Of a stretch of 64,000 nt of DNA, positions 47,407 to 59,311 are shown piece by piece. Every line of letters starts with the position of its first letter. Position 1 is the first letter of the stretch. The position numbers were made by a program, and so were the translations under genes. The notes beneath the pieces are model-generated. The model was given only the letters and a program-made list of their open reading frames with translations, had not been told where the DNA came from and did no database searches. Source of the DNA: Octopus bimaculoides (Eukaryota); assembly GCF_001194135.2 (NCBI RefSeq), contig NC_069000.1, positions 798,275-862,274 on the forward strand, written 5' to 3'.

Positions 47407-50400
47407 GCTTCCACAAATTCTTTTTCGCTTCTTTCTGGAAACTTCTAAGTGATTCAAATCAGCATCTGTAAATGACAATATACAAACTTTCTTCATTCTC
47501 CTCCATTAAACACAAATGGCTAATGGGAAACAAGATATGACCCTAAGAAGAAACCCTAATCCATTCAATAAGTGGACATAGCTGGCCAAGTGGTTAGGGT
47601 GCCAATTTCATGCTCATCAGGTCTTGGCTTCAATTCCTGGAACAAGTGGCATGTTGCACCCTTCAGCAAGACACTTCATTTCATGTTGTTTCAATCTACT
47701 CAGGGGAGTGCCTGGTACTGAGCCTGATCAAGGCTGAAGGGACCAGGACAGGGTCTGTGTCAGCTCCCTTCAACATAAACAACTAAAACATTTAGCAAAA
47801 CTGTAAGACATGCTGCCAAGCCATACTCAGAAGCAGGAAGGGAGTGGGGGAGATGCAGGGATGCCTATTTGTGTTTAATCAATTGTTCTTCAAAAAGAAA
47901 TGTATCTCAAATAATAACAATAATAATCACCAGAGATCAATTAAATAACTTGAGGTGTACATGGATCAACACATGTTTTGTGTCAATTAGTTCTTAGGTG
48001 TCGCTCTTAGGTGTCACATCATTTTTAGTGAAACCCTAATTGCGATGTTTGAAGTCACAAAATCTTGAAATATTCCTGTGAACTCAAGGTTGAATTAGTA
48101 ATCAGCTAACGAGCAACTGATTAATTATAAAGAACTTCGGTGTTTAAAACTCAACCGACAGTTAGCGTTTTTTTCTCTTTTTACTTCATTATCCTTTTGA
48201 AAATATTTCAAGATTCGCAAGATTTGCCATATTCGTCGTTAATAAAATCTGAGAAGCATCTTTTTGTATCACAAAGTATGGAAGCACAATGAAAGCAAAT
48301 GTAACTCAAGAGAGATTTATGATCGCTCGATCTGCGATAAAACAGCTGACAAATTTCCCTGCTCTCATACTTTACGGTCTTAGAGTACAAAGTGTGTTGT
48401 GTAGTCTGAATAACAGAGAGGGTAGACACAGGGTAGACAATGTCTTTGATCGTAGTTCTGCTCACTCGGGGCTGAATTGACGGGGTGGTAGCTAAACAAC
48501 ACCAACGAAACTCGTGCTGGGAAATATTTATTAATAAATGTCTCTGATTTCTGAAGGCTTACTCCGGGTGGCGAGGTTGATGCAATTGATAACCAGCCTG
48601 AATACCTGCAGGGCTTAATTTAAGGAAAGCAAAGGTGGTGGGTGACTATTTCGAATGACTGCAACAGTAATGGAACTCCGCTAAGGACACGCAACGACTA
48701 GTTGTTGATGTTAAACCGAGAGGCATGCTGTGGCCACATATACATACATATATAAATAAACGTAACAAGTGGTTCCTTTTACAAAAAAAAAACAACAACA
48801 AAACATATAGAAAATGATTCCAAATGAATTCAGAGATCCGGTTCGTCAACATCTTCCCCCGTTAGGTTGCATCATGTCCAGTCCTTTTAGCAAACAAGGG
48901 GTATAACGGCCACAGATTTTAATTATATGGCATTCTGTATTGTTCACGTGTTGATCAGCAAAATAATAGGCGCAAGTGAAATAAAAAATCGTCAAATGAA
49001 GAATGGAAATCGAAAACGAGCCAACGACTCCGATTGCCGGAACAGTAAACGGTTGATCAACGTCGATTCTCAGAATAGCGAATAAATAGATAAATATTGT
49101 TATATTTGGGAAGAATCGTAATTAATAATAAACAAACTCGCCGGTTATTGCTTGACTATATTTCACTTCTTTTTCTTTCTCTAAAGCAATTGATGTTTAT
49201 TGATGTCCCCCAACAATATTTTTCGCCTCAACGATGCAGAGAAGAAAAGTAATTTGGGGGACATAAAACAAACATCAACAGGTTTGAGAAAAGAAAGAGC
49301 AAGTCAAATATAAAACATCCAGAGATTGTGCTTATAGTCCTTTGTAAATTAAGAGGACTTCTTTCTTCTCATAACAACTGTGAGATTAAGAGGCGGCGTG
49401 AATCGAAATTCTAGCAAAACAAATTCAAAGTTGTCAAAAGAAAACTATTTCCTAGAACTATTTCTTCAAGGTAAATAAATAAAATAAGAACAAAACGTGA
49501 AAAATAATAGGGTTTGTGTGTGGGGAGAAGATTAACAGGGTGAAGGTTGAACGGAGACAAAATAACTGTCCTTTACCTTTGAGAAACTCAACAGTTTACG
49601 AAATCGCGTTTCGAAAAAGTAACACTCCCCCTCCTCCTTCTTTCTTTCTTTCTCTCTTTATTCCTCTTTCTTTCTCTCTTTATTCCTCTTTCTTTCTTAC
49701 ATATACACATTGTCTCTTTTTCTCTATCGCTCTCACTTTCACTGAACAGGACATTACCATTAAAGGTCACTGAAAATAGTGTTTATTTTATTAGATATCA
49801 AGTGTTTTTGTTAAGACTCAGGCCAGGCCTCTCACAAACAGACTTATGATCTAAGGAAGTCAAACCATAACAATCACATCTTTATGTCGTTTTTTTGCGT
49901 TTTTGTTACGATGGTAGGGAGTGATTTGAAGGATATTTGACTGCTATTTCTAGCAGTTCGAGCGACTATGTAGGGGCTTACCCTCGTTGGTTCGTCGATG
50001 AAGTTGGCGAGTAACGAGCGAACCAAGTTCCAATTCTTAGTTTTCTAGAACTATTTCACTTTGTATTTGCCCCACTCCCAAAAATAACTTCATCTACAGC
50101 ATTCCATCGTATTTCGTTTTTGGATTTGGTTTGCAAGATTCTTTATGTGAGTTCGTGTGTTGAAGGACTGGCGTAAAGCATAACTTACTTCTGAATACAC
50201 TATCATTGCAAAAAAACAAAGAGAAAGAAAAAAAGAAAGAGAAAGGAAAAAAAGACGGCTAGAATATCTTTGATCATAAGGGTCTACTCAATCAGAACTG
50301 ACCTGGCCCGAAACAAGAACAACACTCTTTCATTTCTTCCAAGAGCTGTCTGTTGAAATATTAGATTTTTACAGAACACGGTCTTGTTTTCTTTTTTTTT

Positions 50401-50955
50401 TGCTTGATTTACCAACGCTGGTCATCGCTTGATTCGTCAGACTCTCTCTCTCTCTCTCTCTCCACACACACACATATATTGTAACTATTTGACTTTTTAA
50501 CGATGTTTAATACCTTTGAGAAAAACATGAAAACCATAACTTTCGTTTCTTCCTTTCCACGAACTTAGTAAGGGCCTCTCGAAAATTTAAACAGTCTTCT
50601 TTGTCGATCTGCTAGAAATAGCAGCCAAATCTTCCTCAAATCACACTCACCCATCTATCTATCCACTACACCTGTGAAGGTCGTGGAGACACGACTTCCA
50701 GAGGCTCCTATTTGAATCACACTTTATGTTGCCCAATGTGCTGCTGGGTTCATATTAAAGAGAAAAAACGGAATGGCTACGGATGGAATTACTTTGACCA
50801 TAAATCTGCTTGATCAAAGTTGACCTGGAGTTAAACAACAGGTTGTCAAAGGGTTCATACTGTATCCTTTAACAGAAATTAACAAGCAGTGTTAAACAGG
50901 TTCATCCCCCCATTTCAACCTAGACCTCATAGAACAACAGATTTATGATTGAAGG

Positions 50956-51115
50956 CACAAGCGTAGCTAGAGTGTGTGCCACCCGGGGTGGCCCTCCCGT
51001 TTACCACCTCCAGACCCCACCAAAAGCACATATTGCTTACAGCAATGGCCTACAACAGAATGAAAAGTGTGGACCACCCCTACCGCCCGTCCCCCTCCAC
51101 CCAGCTACGTTAGTG
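50956..51115. mobile_element. 160-bp hAT-type MITE with intact 8-bp TSD
   Basis: TIRs CACAAGCGTAGCT / AGCTACGTTAGTG (11/13 match) and exact direct repeat ATTGAAGG at 50948-50955 and 51116-51123. Confidence 0.8.
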
Positions 51116-51379
51116 ATTGAAGGATATTCCAAATATGACCAATTAAGGTTACTTTAATAAGTCCCTGTTCTTGAGACAGTTGGATTCCACTTGATAAGGG
51201 TTTGGCTGCTATTTCTAGAACAACAAACATCTTTCAATATTATCTCAAGTGTTTTTGTTCTCGACTGTAAACCTCCACTCCTTGATATGTTCTTTCTCCC
51301 ACCTCTCTCTACAATCTCTTGACCATCCTTTTTTCTTAGTAACCTACTAAATGACCAACACTTAGACATAAGTAAAAGT

Positions 51380-51422
<43 letters not shown>

Positions 51423-51536
51423 CACGCGCACGTGGCAGCCTCTACATCAACACTTCTCAGGAATGGTGATCACAATAGTGTGGTGGGATTAGGGTTACTT
51501 CAGAACAGGGCATAAATTCACCCCGTAATTGCCCAC

Positions 51537-51790
51537 GGGCATATGGCGTAGTGGTTAAGAGCGCGGGCTACTAACCCCAAGGTTCCGAGTTCGATTCACG
51601 GCAGCGACTTGATTAATAATAGTAATAATAATAATAATATAATAATAGTAACATCGTTAGGAATGAGAACCCAGGTTCGAAATTTCCCCAAGACACCTGA
51701 CGCAGGCTGGAGGGTACATCAGCCGAAACGTTGTGTTAACAACAAACAAGATGAGGACAAATATCCGTCAAATGTAAATAATGTATATAT
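51537..51790 (+). mobile_element. tRNA-derived SINE-like element (tRNA head, (AAT)n, hammerhead-bearing body, TA tail)
   Basis: A box TGGCGTAGTGG 51544-51554 and B box GAGTTCGATTC 51587-51597. The acceptor stem does not pair, so this is not a functional tRNA. Confidence 0.7.
51692..51737 (+). ncRNA. Degenerate minimal type-I hammerhead-like motif inside a tRNA-headed repeat
   Basis: GACAC-CTGACGC-A-GGCTG(N10)CAGCC-GAAA-CG-TT-GTGTT. Perfect 5-bp stem II and palindromic AACGTT stem III, but one core position deviates. Confidence 0.5.
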
Positions 51791-51819
51791 ATATATATTA
51801 TATCATCATCATCATTTAG

Positions 51820-52265
51820 CACGTTTCCATGCTGGCTGTTTGACCAGTGCCCATCTAAACGTGGTTGATGCCAGTGCCTTCTGACTGGCTCCTGCGCTGG
51901 TGGCACATAAAAAGCACCATCCAAACGTGGTCAATGCCAGGTCAGTCTGATTGATATCCATGCCGGTGGCACATAAAAAGCACCATCCGAATGTGGTCGA
52001 GGTCAGTTCCCCCTGACTGGCTCCAGTGCTGGTGGCACGTAAAAAGTACCATCCGAACATGATCGATGCTATGCCCACCTGACCGGCTCCCGTGTCGGTG
52101 GCACGTAAAAATCACCTACTACACTCTCAGAGTGGTTGGCGTTGGGAAGGGCATCCAGCTGTAGAAACATTGCCAGATCAGACTGGAGTCTGGTGCAACC
52201 AATGGCTTTCCAGACCTCAGTCAAACCATCCAACCTATGCCAGTTAAACGATGATGATGATGACT
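51820..52265 (+). repeat. SINE-like family member with an internal tandem unit of about 60 bp, 4-5 copies (GTGCTGGTGGCACGTAAAAAGCACCATCC...)
   Basis: Repeated units at 51870-52115. Single-unit relatives near 8750-8950, 16440-16625 and 32570-32800 all end in (GAT)n or (GTT)n. Confidence 0.75.
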
Positions 52266-52399
52266 GATTGACATTGCACATCCAGCAGAGCATACTGACT
52301 TCAATTCTTTCAAGCTTTCACATGTTCTCTGCAGTCACAGCCCTTTTTTCACTGCCGTGTAGCACACACGCATCATACAACCTACCTATCACTCTGAAA

Positions 52400-52462
52400 G
52401 GGAGGCCTTTTGTTAACAACAAAGATCTCTGAACTTTGCCCACCCTACTCTTATTCTAGTAG

Positions 52463-52529
<67 letters not shown>

Positions 52530-52615
52530 TATTACACACACACATATAGTATCTTTCCCAGAGAATCTCATTGAAACTTCACCTATGGAACTGCTAACAT
52601 TATCCGTGAGCAAGT
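52400..52615 (-). mobile_element. RTE fragment split by a (TA)n/(CA)n microsatellite
   Basis: IATRIRVGWAKFRDL on the minus strand, the same family motif as above. The upstream part lies beyond the AT repeat. Confidence 0.65.
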
Positions 52616-53589
52616 GTTTTCTACTCTAGCCCAGGACCAACAAAAGCCTTGTCAGTGTATTAAGTAAATGGAAATTGAAAAGAAGTCTGTCATGTGTGTC
52701 AGTGAATGAATGTGTGTGTTTGTATGTTTTAGTAAGTTCATACACCCTTATTCTACGAAAAAGAATGGGGTGTAAGCGCTACAGATCCGCTGATGCACAC
52801 ACACACTGTAAGAAATAGAAAGGACAGTTTGGCGAATATGAATGCTGAGTGTAGAGAATGACTGTTGCAGAATCGATGATAGTGATGATGAAAATAACGA
52901 TTAAAAAGATGTGAAGGAAGAAGAGGAAGAGAAAAAGTGAGTAGATTAAAGAGATCAGCTCCATGTCATACATCTAAGTTAAGCGAAGTCAAATCTCGGC
53001 AGATTATAAAACTGAGGCCTTTAAATAGGTATTAAGTATTAAACATCTTCATGTTTGAGTACAGAAATTTCTAACATAAAAATGTGATAGTCCTTCCAAA
53101 TAAAATACTTTTCAAAAGTTTCTTTTAATGAGGTGAAAAGTTTAATATTCCGGGTAAACCGTTCGTTTGGAAATGGTTCTGCCCGAAATGTCTGATTTTT
53201 TTTTTTCTCTTTCTCAAACCAATCTGTTCTACTTTTGCATTAGTTATACTTACTAATTGCCTGCGGAGACCATCACTAGTTTCCCTCGATTCAACTGTTT
53301 TGAAGTAATCGAATCATCCATATTCTTTTATACATGTTCTCTCTTCATACAGTCTAAGGATTCCAGTCTAAGGTAGTTACAGAGTTGCGTCAATTTTATT
53401 CACCTAACATATCCATTCATCGGGTATTTAATCGCATCTCTGCGTTCTAAGTTTAAATCCAGTCACTGTCAACTTTGTTTTTTACCCTTGCGAGATCGAT
53501 AAAATAAAGTATTAATCGGTCGATGTAGATTCCTAAAAAACATCCAACTTTGAGTCATATTATTTTGTTTTAAAAGTCCCTGGAACCAA

Positions 53590-53692
53590 AACACGTGGAG
53601 CCAGAAGACCGGAAGTTGTGGCTTTGTTTGTGAAACGTGAACTCTTATAAAGAGAAGATCGAAAGAGTCAGTTTGGTGGATGACGTGAAAAG
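53590..53692 (+). promoter_or_regulatory. ETFB proximal promoter
   Basis: E-box CACGTG 53592-53597, ETS/GABP-type CCGGAAGT 53609-53616 and half-CRE TGACGT 53681-53686, just upstream of the ATG in a CpG-retaining zone. Confidence 0.55.
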
Positions 53693-55878
53693 ATGTCTTC
53701 TCTTCGTGTTTTGGTTGGAGTGAAGCGAGTCATTGATTATGCTGTTAAGGTAAGAATAATGTCTCTAGATCAGAAAAAGAAACCCAAACAAGCAGACAAC
53801 ATTCATATTTCATTTCTATAAAATATGATTGTTACTAAATTAGTTTTAAGACAGAGAAAATCTTCCATTTCTATCAAATTCTTGTTGAGAAGAAACTTTT
53901 TTTTTACCATTTCTTGAAATGTCAAATGTTTCTAAGAGTTTTATTATTTATTTTAACTTGTTTTTTTGAGGAATGTCACTCTGTATTATAATGAATCACC
54001 TGTATTTATTTGCCCTTATGTTTATATATATTTCAAGGTGTGTGCCTGTTAATATCATATAATGACCTTTGCCCTTGTACTTTTCTAAATAATTTTTATA
54101 TCGCATAGTCTTATGTAGTTGTTTCGTTTTTCTTCATCGGATTACTGTATAGACTTATAGAATAGATTGTTTGTTTTACTTCTCTCACATATATGCTTGT
54201 TCTGAAACAAGTATCCTGTTATATTTCGCGAATGCCCTTACCTAGGACACTACACCGTGTTTACCCATAGTTGTCATTTCGTTATTAAACCGATTGCAAC
54301 TCTGGATTCAGTAGACTCCGATAGGCTGCCAGACTTTTCATGATATAGCCCTTCGGGAAATCCTGTCACCAGTCCCTCCCCCTCACGTAAATCACGCCAG
54401 GTTTACAGGATTTTAAAATCCTTACCATTCCAAAGCGGATCGAAGCAACATACTGTTCAGGTGGCTTTCAGACTATGTCCCGCATATTTCGCGTTGGGTA
54501 ACGTAAATGATCAAACGGTTATGTAAACATCCTGATTCGTTCCAACAAATCACTCAGGTGGAATCCAAAGACATTCGTTGACAGCTTGTTTTTAGGGGAT
54601 TTGACATTCCAATTTTTATTTCTTTAGCTCCATTCCGTTATCTCTCAATCCTCCCCTTTTTTCTTAGATAACCTCTTACGATTGCCAGCGCTATTTTCTT
54701 TTCCTTTTACGCAGACAGCTGACACACCCATTTCTGGCCCCATAAACGAGCTGTACCTTTAATTGGATTTTATTGATTATGCACGAATTCTATTCATTAA
54801 ATACTCGTTGATTCCCATAAAGTTGACAAGCCAAAGATGAAAGCCTTTCCGTAGTCGTCCGACCTACTAGAAATAGCAGCCAAATTTCATTCAAATGACA
54901 CCTCACCATTAGATAAGCTATGTAAAGACAAGACAGTCTAGCTTGAATGTCATTTAATTATAAGTCTCCTTGATCCTAAACAATAACTAACTTTCAATAC
55001 TATGAAATGTTAACGTTCACACTTAGAAAGATTGATAGAAACTATTAATTGAAAAAAATGAACGCCAGTAACTCACCTCTCCAGGAACTTACACCCACAG
55101 GCACCCGATCATCCCCACCCACCCTCTTGCAAAAATATTTCCAACGATTTTGTACTTTAGTTGAATGAATGGGTCTTCATAGATTTACATACTTTAATTT
55201 TCTTCTCTGAAAAGGCATCTAAAAATAAATGATTGAATGAAACGGTTTCGGTTGTTCTCGTTTCTGACTTCGGCTGCTTGTTCCCCTTGACCTCAATAAA
55301 GTTTAGCGTTCGGTTTAAGTTTTAATCAGTCACGTCAGCTAGACGTGGATTCTCTGAGAATCGAGCCCGTTGCTTGTCTTTAATTGCTGTATCTAAGAAT
55401 AAACAAAGTTAGTCTCTTGAAATATTGGACTAATAATGACATAGATCGCTGTGATAAGAAATAGCGTAAATTGTTTTTATTCTTCAGAGCTCACTATTCA
55501 CAGGATCTGCTAAAAATAGCAGTCAAATTTCCCTCAAATCACAACTATCTTCAGCATGGGACACATTGGATAACGTAATCTGCAGCTTACTGCCCTAATA
55601 AAAGACAGGATAGTCATGGCCGGATTGCCATAGATCAGTTCGTATAAGGCTGAAGAGAGGCCAGATGACAACAACACATCTTTATATGTATCCAGATGTT
55701 TAAAAACAGCTCAGCAAAGGCTTGGCTTCGCTGAGTGGTTCAAATTTTTGCTTCTTAAACATGTGGTTCCGGGTTCAGTCTCACTGCATGGCACCTCGGG
55801 CAAGTGTCTTCTACTATAGCCCTAGGCCGATCCAAGCCTTGCAAGTGGATTTGGTAAGCAGCAACAAAGAAGCCCATG

Positions 55879-55912
<34 letters not shown>

Positions 55913-57299
55913 NNNNNNNNNNTTTTTTTTGCCATTTTTCACCACCTTTTTCCTTCTTCCCTATTTCAGATAAGAGTTAAACCTGACAAAAGTGGTGTGG
56001 TAACGGATGGGGTGAAGCATAGCATGAACCCTTTTGACGAAATTGCTGTTGAGGAAGCTGTCCGGATGAAGGAGAAGAAAATAGCCAAAGAAGTCATTGC
56101 TGTGTCATGTGGCCCAACACAATCACAGGTAATGTCTGTTTCTTACTAAATGTGTTCTTCCTAAACGGTCCACCATTTATATGAGAGTAGGAGTGTCAGC
56201 GTATGTATATGGTTATTCACATTGCTAGAAACGCCAATCAAACAATGCCATACCATCTTCAAAAAAGGACAGATATATTGTCTAGAAAAAAAAAAAGGAG
56301 AGAGAGAACAAAAGGAATGGTAATTGCTAGAATAGCTTTGGTCACTAGTCAGCTGGATCAAGGCTGACTTGGGGGTTAACCCTTTTCATAACAACTCGTT
56401 TGAGACTGCTCTTTGGTCTGTGATGCAAACTTCCTGTTTGAAGGTTGTTTAAATTAAAACTTTCTGTTGAACATTTTATGCTAATTTATCTTCCAAATAA
56501 TGACAAAATTATTTCACTAAATTCTTCATTAATTTCAAAATTAATTTTTAAAAAATCTCAACAGAAATTTAGCAACAAAAAGGTTGTTTGTCTTGAAGTG
56601 ACAAAAGAAGCCAACTTCTTATTTCACAACTAAACAAGTCCTATTTTTGCTTTTGTAATATTCCTTTCAGATAAGTTCCTTTGGTCTTTTTACTGTGAAT
56701 TGAAACATTGAATTTTCCTGTGCCGTTTTATGTTTCCAGGAGACCTTACGGACAGCTTTGGCAATGGGTGCTGACAAAGCCATTCATGTTGAAATGAAAC
56801 CAGCAGAATATCTCAATGCACAGCCATTCCACATATCCAAAATATTGGCAAAGATTGCTCAGGATGAAAAGATAGATGTCCTTCTTTTAGGAAAACAGGT
56901 ACATATTTCATATTTAATAGAATCACTTGATTGTTACTTTCTCAAAGACAGATGCAATTATTATAGGGTAGTCAACCAATGATGGTTGTCATGTGTTTAA
57001 ATCATTGCAGTATTTCAAAGTGATAAAAATTTAGATGTTTTCATTAGCTGCATATATATATATATATATATANNNNNNNNNNNNNNNNNNNNNNNNNNNN
57101 NNNNNNNNNNNNNNNNNNNNNNNNNNNNNNNNNNNNNNNNNNNNNNNNNNNNNNNNNNNNNNNNNNNNNNNNNNNNNNNNNNNNNNNNNNNNNNNNNNNN
57201 NNNNNNNNNNNNNNNNNNNNNNNNNNNNNNNNNNNNNNNNNNNNNNNNNNNNNNNNNNNNNNNNNNNNNNNNNNNNNNNNNNNNNNNNNNNNNNNNNNN

Positions 57300-57338
<39 letters not shown>

Positions 57339-59311
57339 CATACACACATAGAGCAAGAAAGGTACACACAGACATGCACACAAACATTAGTCCATGGAAG
57401 CAAAACAGTCCAAATTTATGTTTATTTCTTCTTCCTCCCTTATTCACCCAACAATTGTTTTTCGTATCCAACAGGCTATTGATGATGACTGCAACCAAAC
57501 TGCTCAGATGACAGCAGCACTTTTAGACTGGCCACAGGTATGGACTCTTATTTTCATTAGCAATTAAGCTTTGTGGAGGTGGAGAGTGAATTTCCAGAAA
57601 CGAACACAAACACAATGCTGAGCTTGGCAGGGTATGTAACGCTTGACTGGATGTGTATTGCTTCTGTGTCTGAGATGAACTGAGATGAACTGGGTATTAG
57701 GGGTCTCAGGCATGGTGTGGGAGAGAGGAGAAAACACAAGCCCGGTCCTGGGCTGCATATGGGTGATGGGAATTGGGTAAAGAAGTGTTAAGTGGTCCAA
57801 ATGGAAGGGACCTGGAGAAGACAACAACACAAGAATGACCTGAGAAGAGGAGATAAAAGCTGATTTCAGGTAAGAAAGTTTATAAGATGGCAAAAGACTG
57901 CAGCAAGTTGTAAAACAGTGTGCTAAAGAAGACTCATCAAACCCATGCCAACATGAAAAAACAGGAGAGGTAGAAGGGAGGGAGAAAGCATTTTGTGGGG
58001 CTGAAATGAGAGATGCAATAGAGTTGATGGAGTGTCAGGGAGGCCCCTTAAGGTAGGAGGTGAGTAGAAGTGAATGGGCAACATAATACTGGGTGTGGGT
58101 GGGTAGAGGCTGCAAGGGGTTTATGGAGAGTGAGGGGGGGGGGTATGAATGAAGAATAAGTGTTGAAGAATGAGAGAAGTGAATAAAAGTGACCGGGGAG
58201 AGGAACACAGGGAAGAANNNNNNNNNNGATAGGGGTTGCAAAAGATAATTTTTTTTAAAAACTTTCTTTGGGGTTGAATTCTGAAAAGAAATTTTTTTTT
58301 TTTTTTTTTTGAGTGAACAAAATGAAAGAAATGAAATTAATTTTAAAATATTTGTTTTATTTGTAAAGGCAACATTTGCATCTAAAGTTGCTCTAAAGGA
58401 GGGTTTGATGACTGTAACCCGTGAAATTGATGGTGGATTAGAAGATATTGAAGTAAAATTACCTGCAGTTGTCAGTGCTGATCTTAGGCTTAATGAACCT
58501 CGTTATGCAACACTGCCAAACATTATGGTAAGTGAAATTTTTTTACTGAACATCAACTGATAAGGAATAATATATGAAGAAGACTCTGGTTTCAATTTAA
58601 TCCCCTCCTGGGGTATTTAGTAAAACAAAAATATTTTGTATCAAACAACGAAATTTGAAATTGTAAAAAAAATAAATTCATAAATTTCTAACCTATTCAT
58701 TTTCCTTCATTTTTTTTTACAATTGAAATCATCATCATTATCCAAAATGCTTTGTGGTATTTCACTTGTGACTGCATTCTGGGTTCAAATTCCATTGAGG
58801 TTGGCTTTGCTTTTCATCCTTTTGGGGTCAATAAATTAAGTACCAGTGAAACACTGGGGTCCATGTAATTGACTATCCCCCCTCCCCTAAATTTTAGGCC
58901 TTGTGCCTAGAGTAGAATGGATTATTATTATTTTTGTCTGCCACTATGTTCTGAGTTCAAATTCTGCCGAGGTCGACTTTGCCTTTCATCCTTTTGGGGG
59001 TCGATTAAATAAGTACCAGTTACACACTGGGGTTGATGTAATCAACTTAATCCCTTCCCCCAAACAAAAAATTTGGAATCATTATTATTATTATCTACTT
59101 TTGATTACTTTTAACATTCACTTATCTCACACAGAAAGCTAAAAAGAAGCCTTTAGCCAAGAAGAAAGCTGCTGATTTTGGTGTTGACTTAACTCCTAAG
59201 CACAAGATAATCTCCATTGAGGACCCTCCAGTCAGAGAAGCTGGTCAAAAGGTGGAATCAGTTGAAGATTTAGTAGAGAAACTGAAGGCTGCTGGTTTAG
59301 TCAAAACGTAA
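53693..59311 (+). CDS. ETFB: Electron transfer flavoprotein subunit beta, 257 aa
   Basis: Exons 53693-53749 ([19 protein letters not shown]), 55970-56128 ([14 protein letters not shown]), 56740-56898, 57475-57537 ([12 protein letters not shown]), 58369-58527 ([16 protein letters not shown]), 59135-59311 (KAKKKP...TAA). All introns phase 0. Not captured as a whole by the ORF track. Confidence 0.97.
55490..55680 (+). repeat. Representative of a dispersed repeat family with core CTAGAAATAGCAGCCAAAT
   Basis: About 15 recognisable copies on both strands, e.g. near 20117, 22090, 34626, 35275, 37615, 37856, 49940, 50612, 51205, 54867, 55509, 56225, 59550 and 61381. Confidence 0.75.
55722..55885 (+). 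mobile_element. tRNA-derived SINE in ETFB intron 1
   Basis: Degenerate A box, B box GGTTCAGTC, body GGCACCTCGGGCAAGTGTCTTCTACTATAGC, ending in (AT)n. A related head occurs near 47575-47700. Confidence 0.65.
58760..59070 (+). mobile_element. Two adjacent copies of an abundant SINE family (GTCGACTTTGCCTTTCATCCTTTTGGGGTCGAT...AAGTACCAG core)
   Basis: Near-identical blocks at about 58770-58900 and 58945-59070. Related copies lie near 420-530, 29150-29240, 38630-38780, 42030-42140, 45830-46020 and 53420-53530. Confidence 0.7.

Noticed and set aside
47185-47496. ORF-track entry labelled + strand (MKKVCILSF...MPWIGSYVF...)
   Set aside because: The protein reads from the minus strand (CAT at 47494-47496). 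It is the PTPMT1 exon plus intron read-through, so the strand label disagrees with the sequence.
51537-51610. tRNA gene with anticodon ACT
   Set aside because: The acceptor stem does not pair, there is no long variable arm expected for tRNA-Ser, and it continues into a repeat body. Treated as a SINE head.
51812-52115. CRISPR-like repeat-spacer array
   Set aside because: Eukaryotic context, the inter-repeat segments are related to each other, and there are no cas genes. It is a minisatellite in a SINE-like family.
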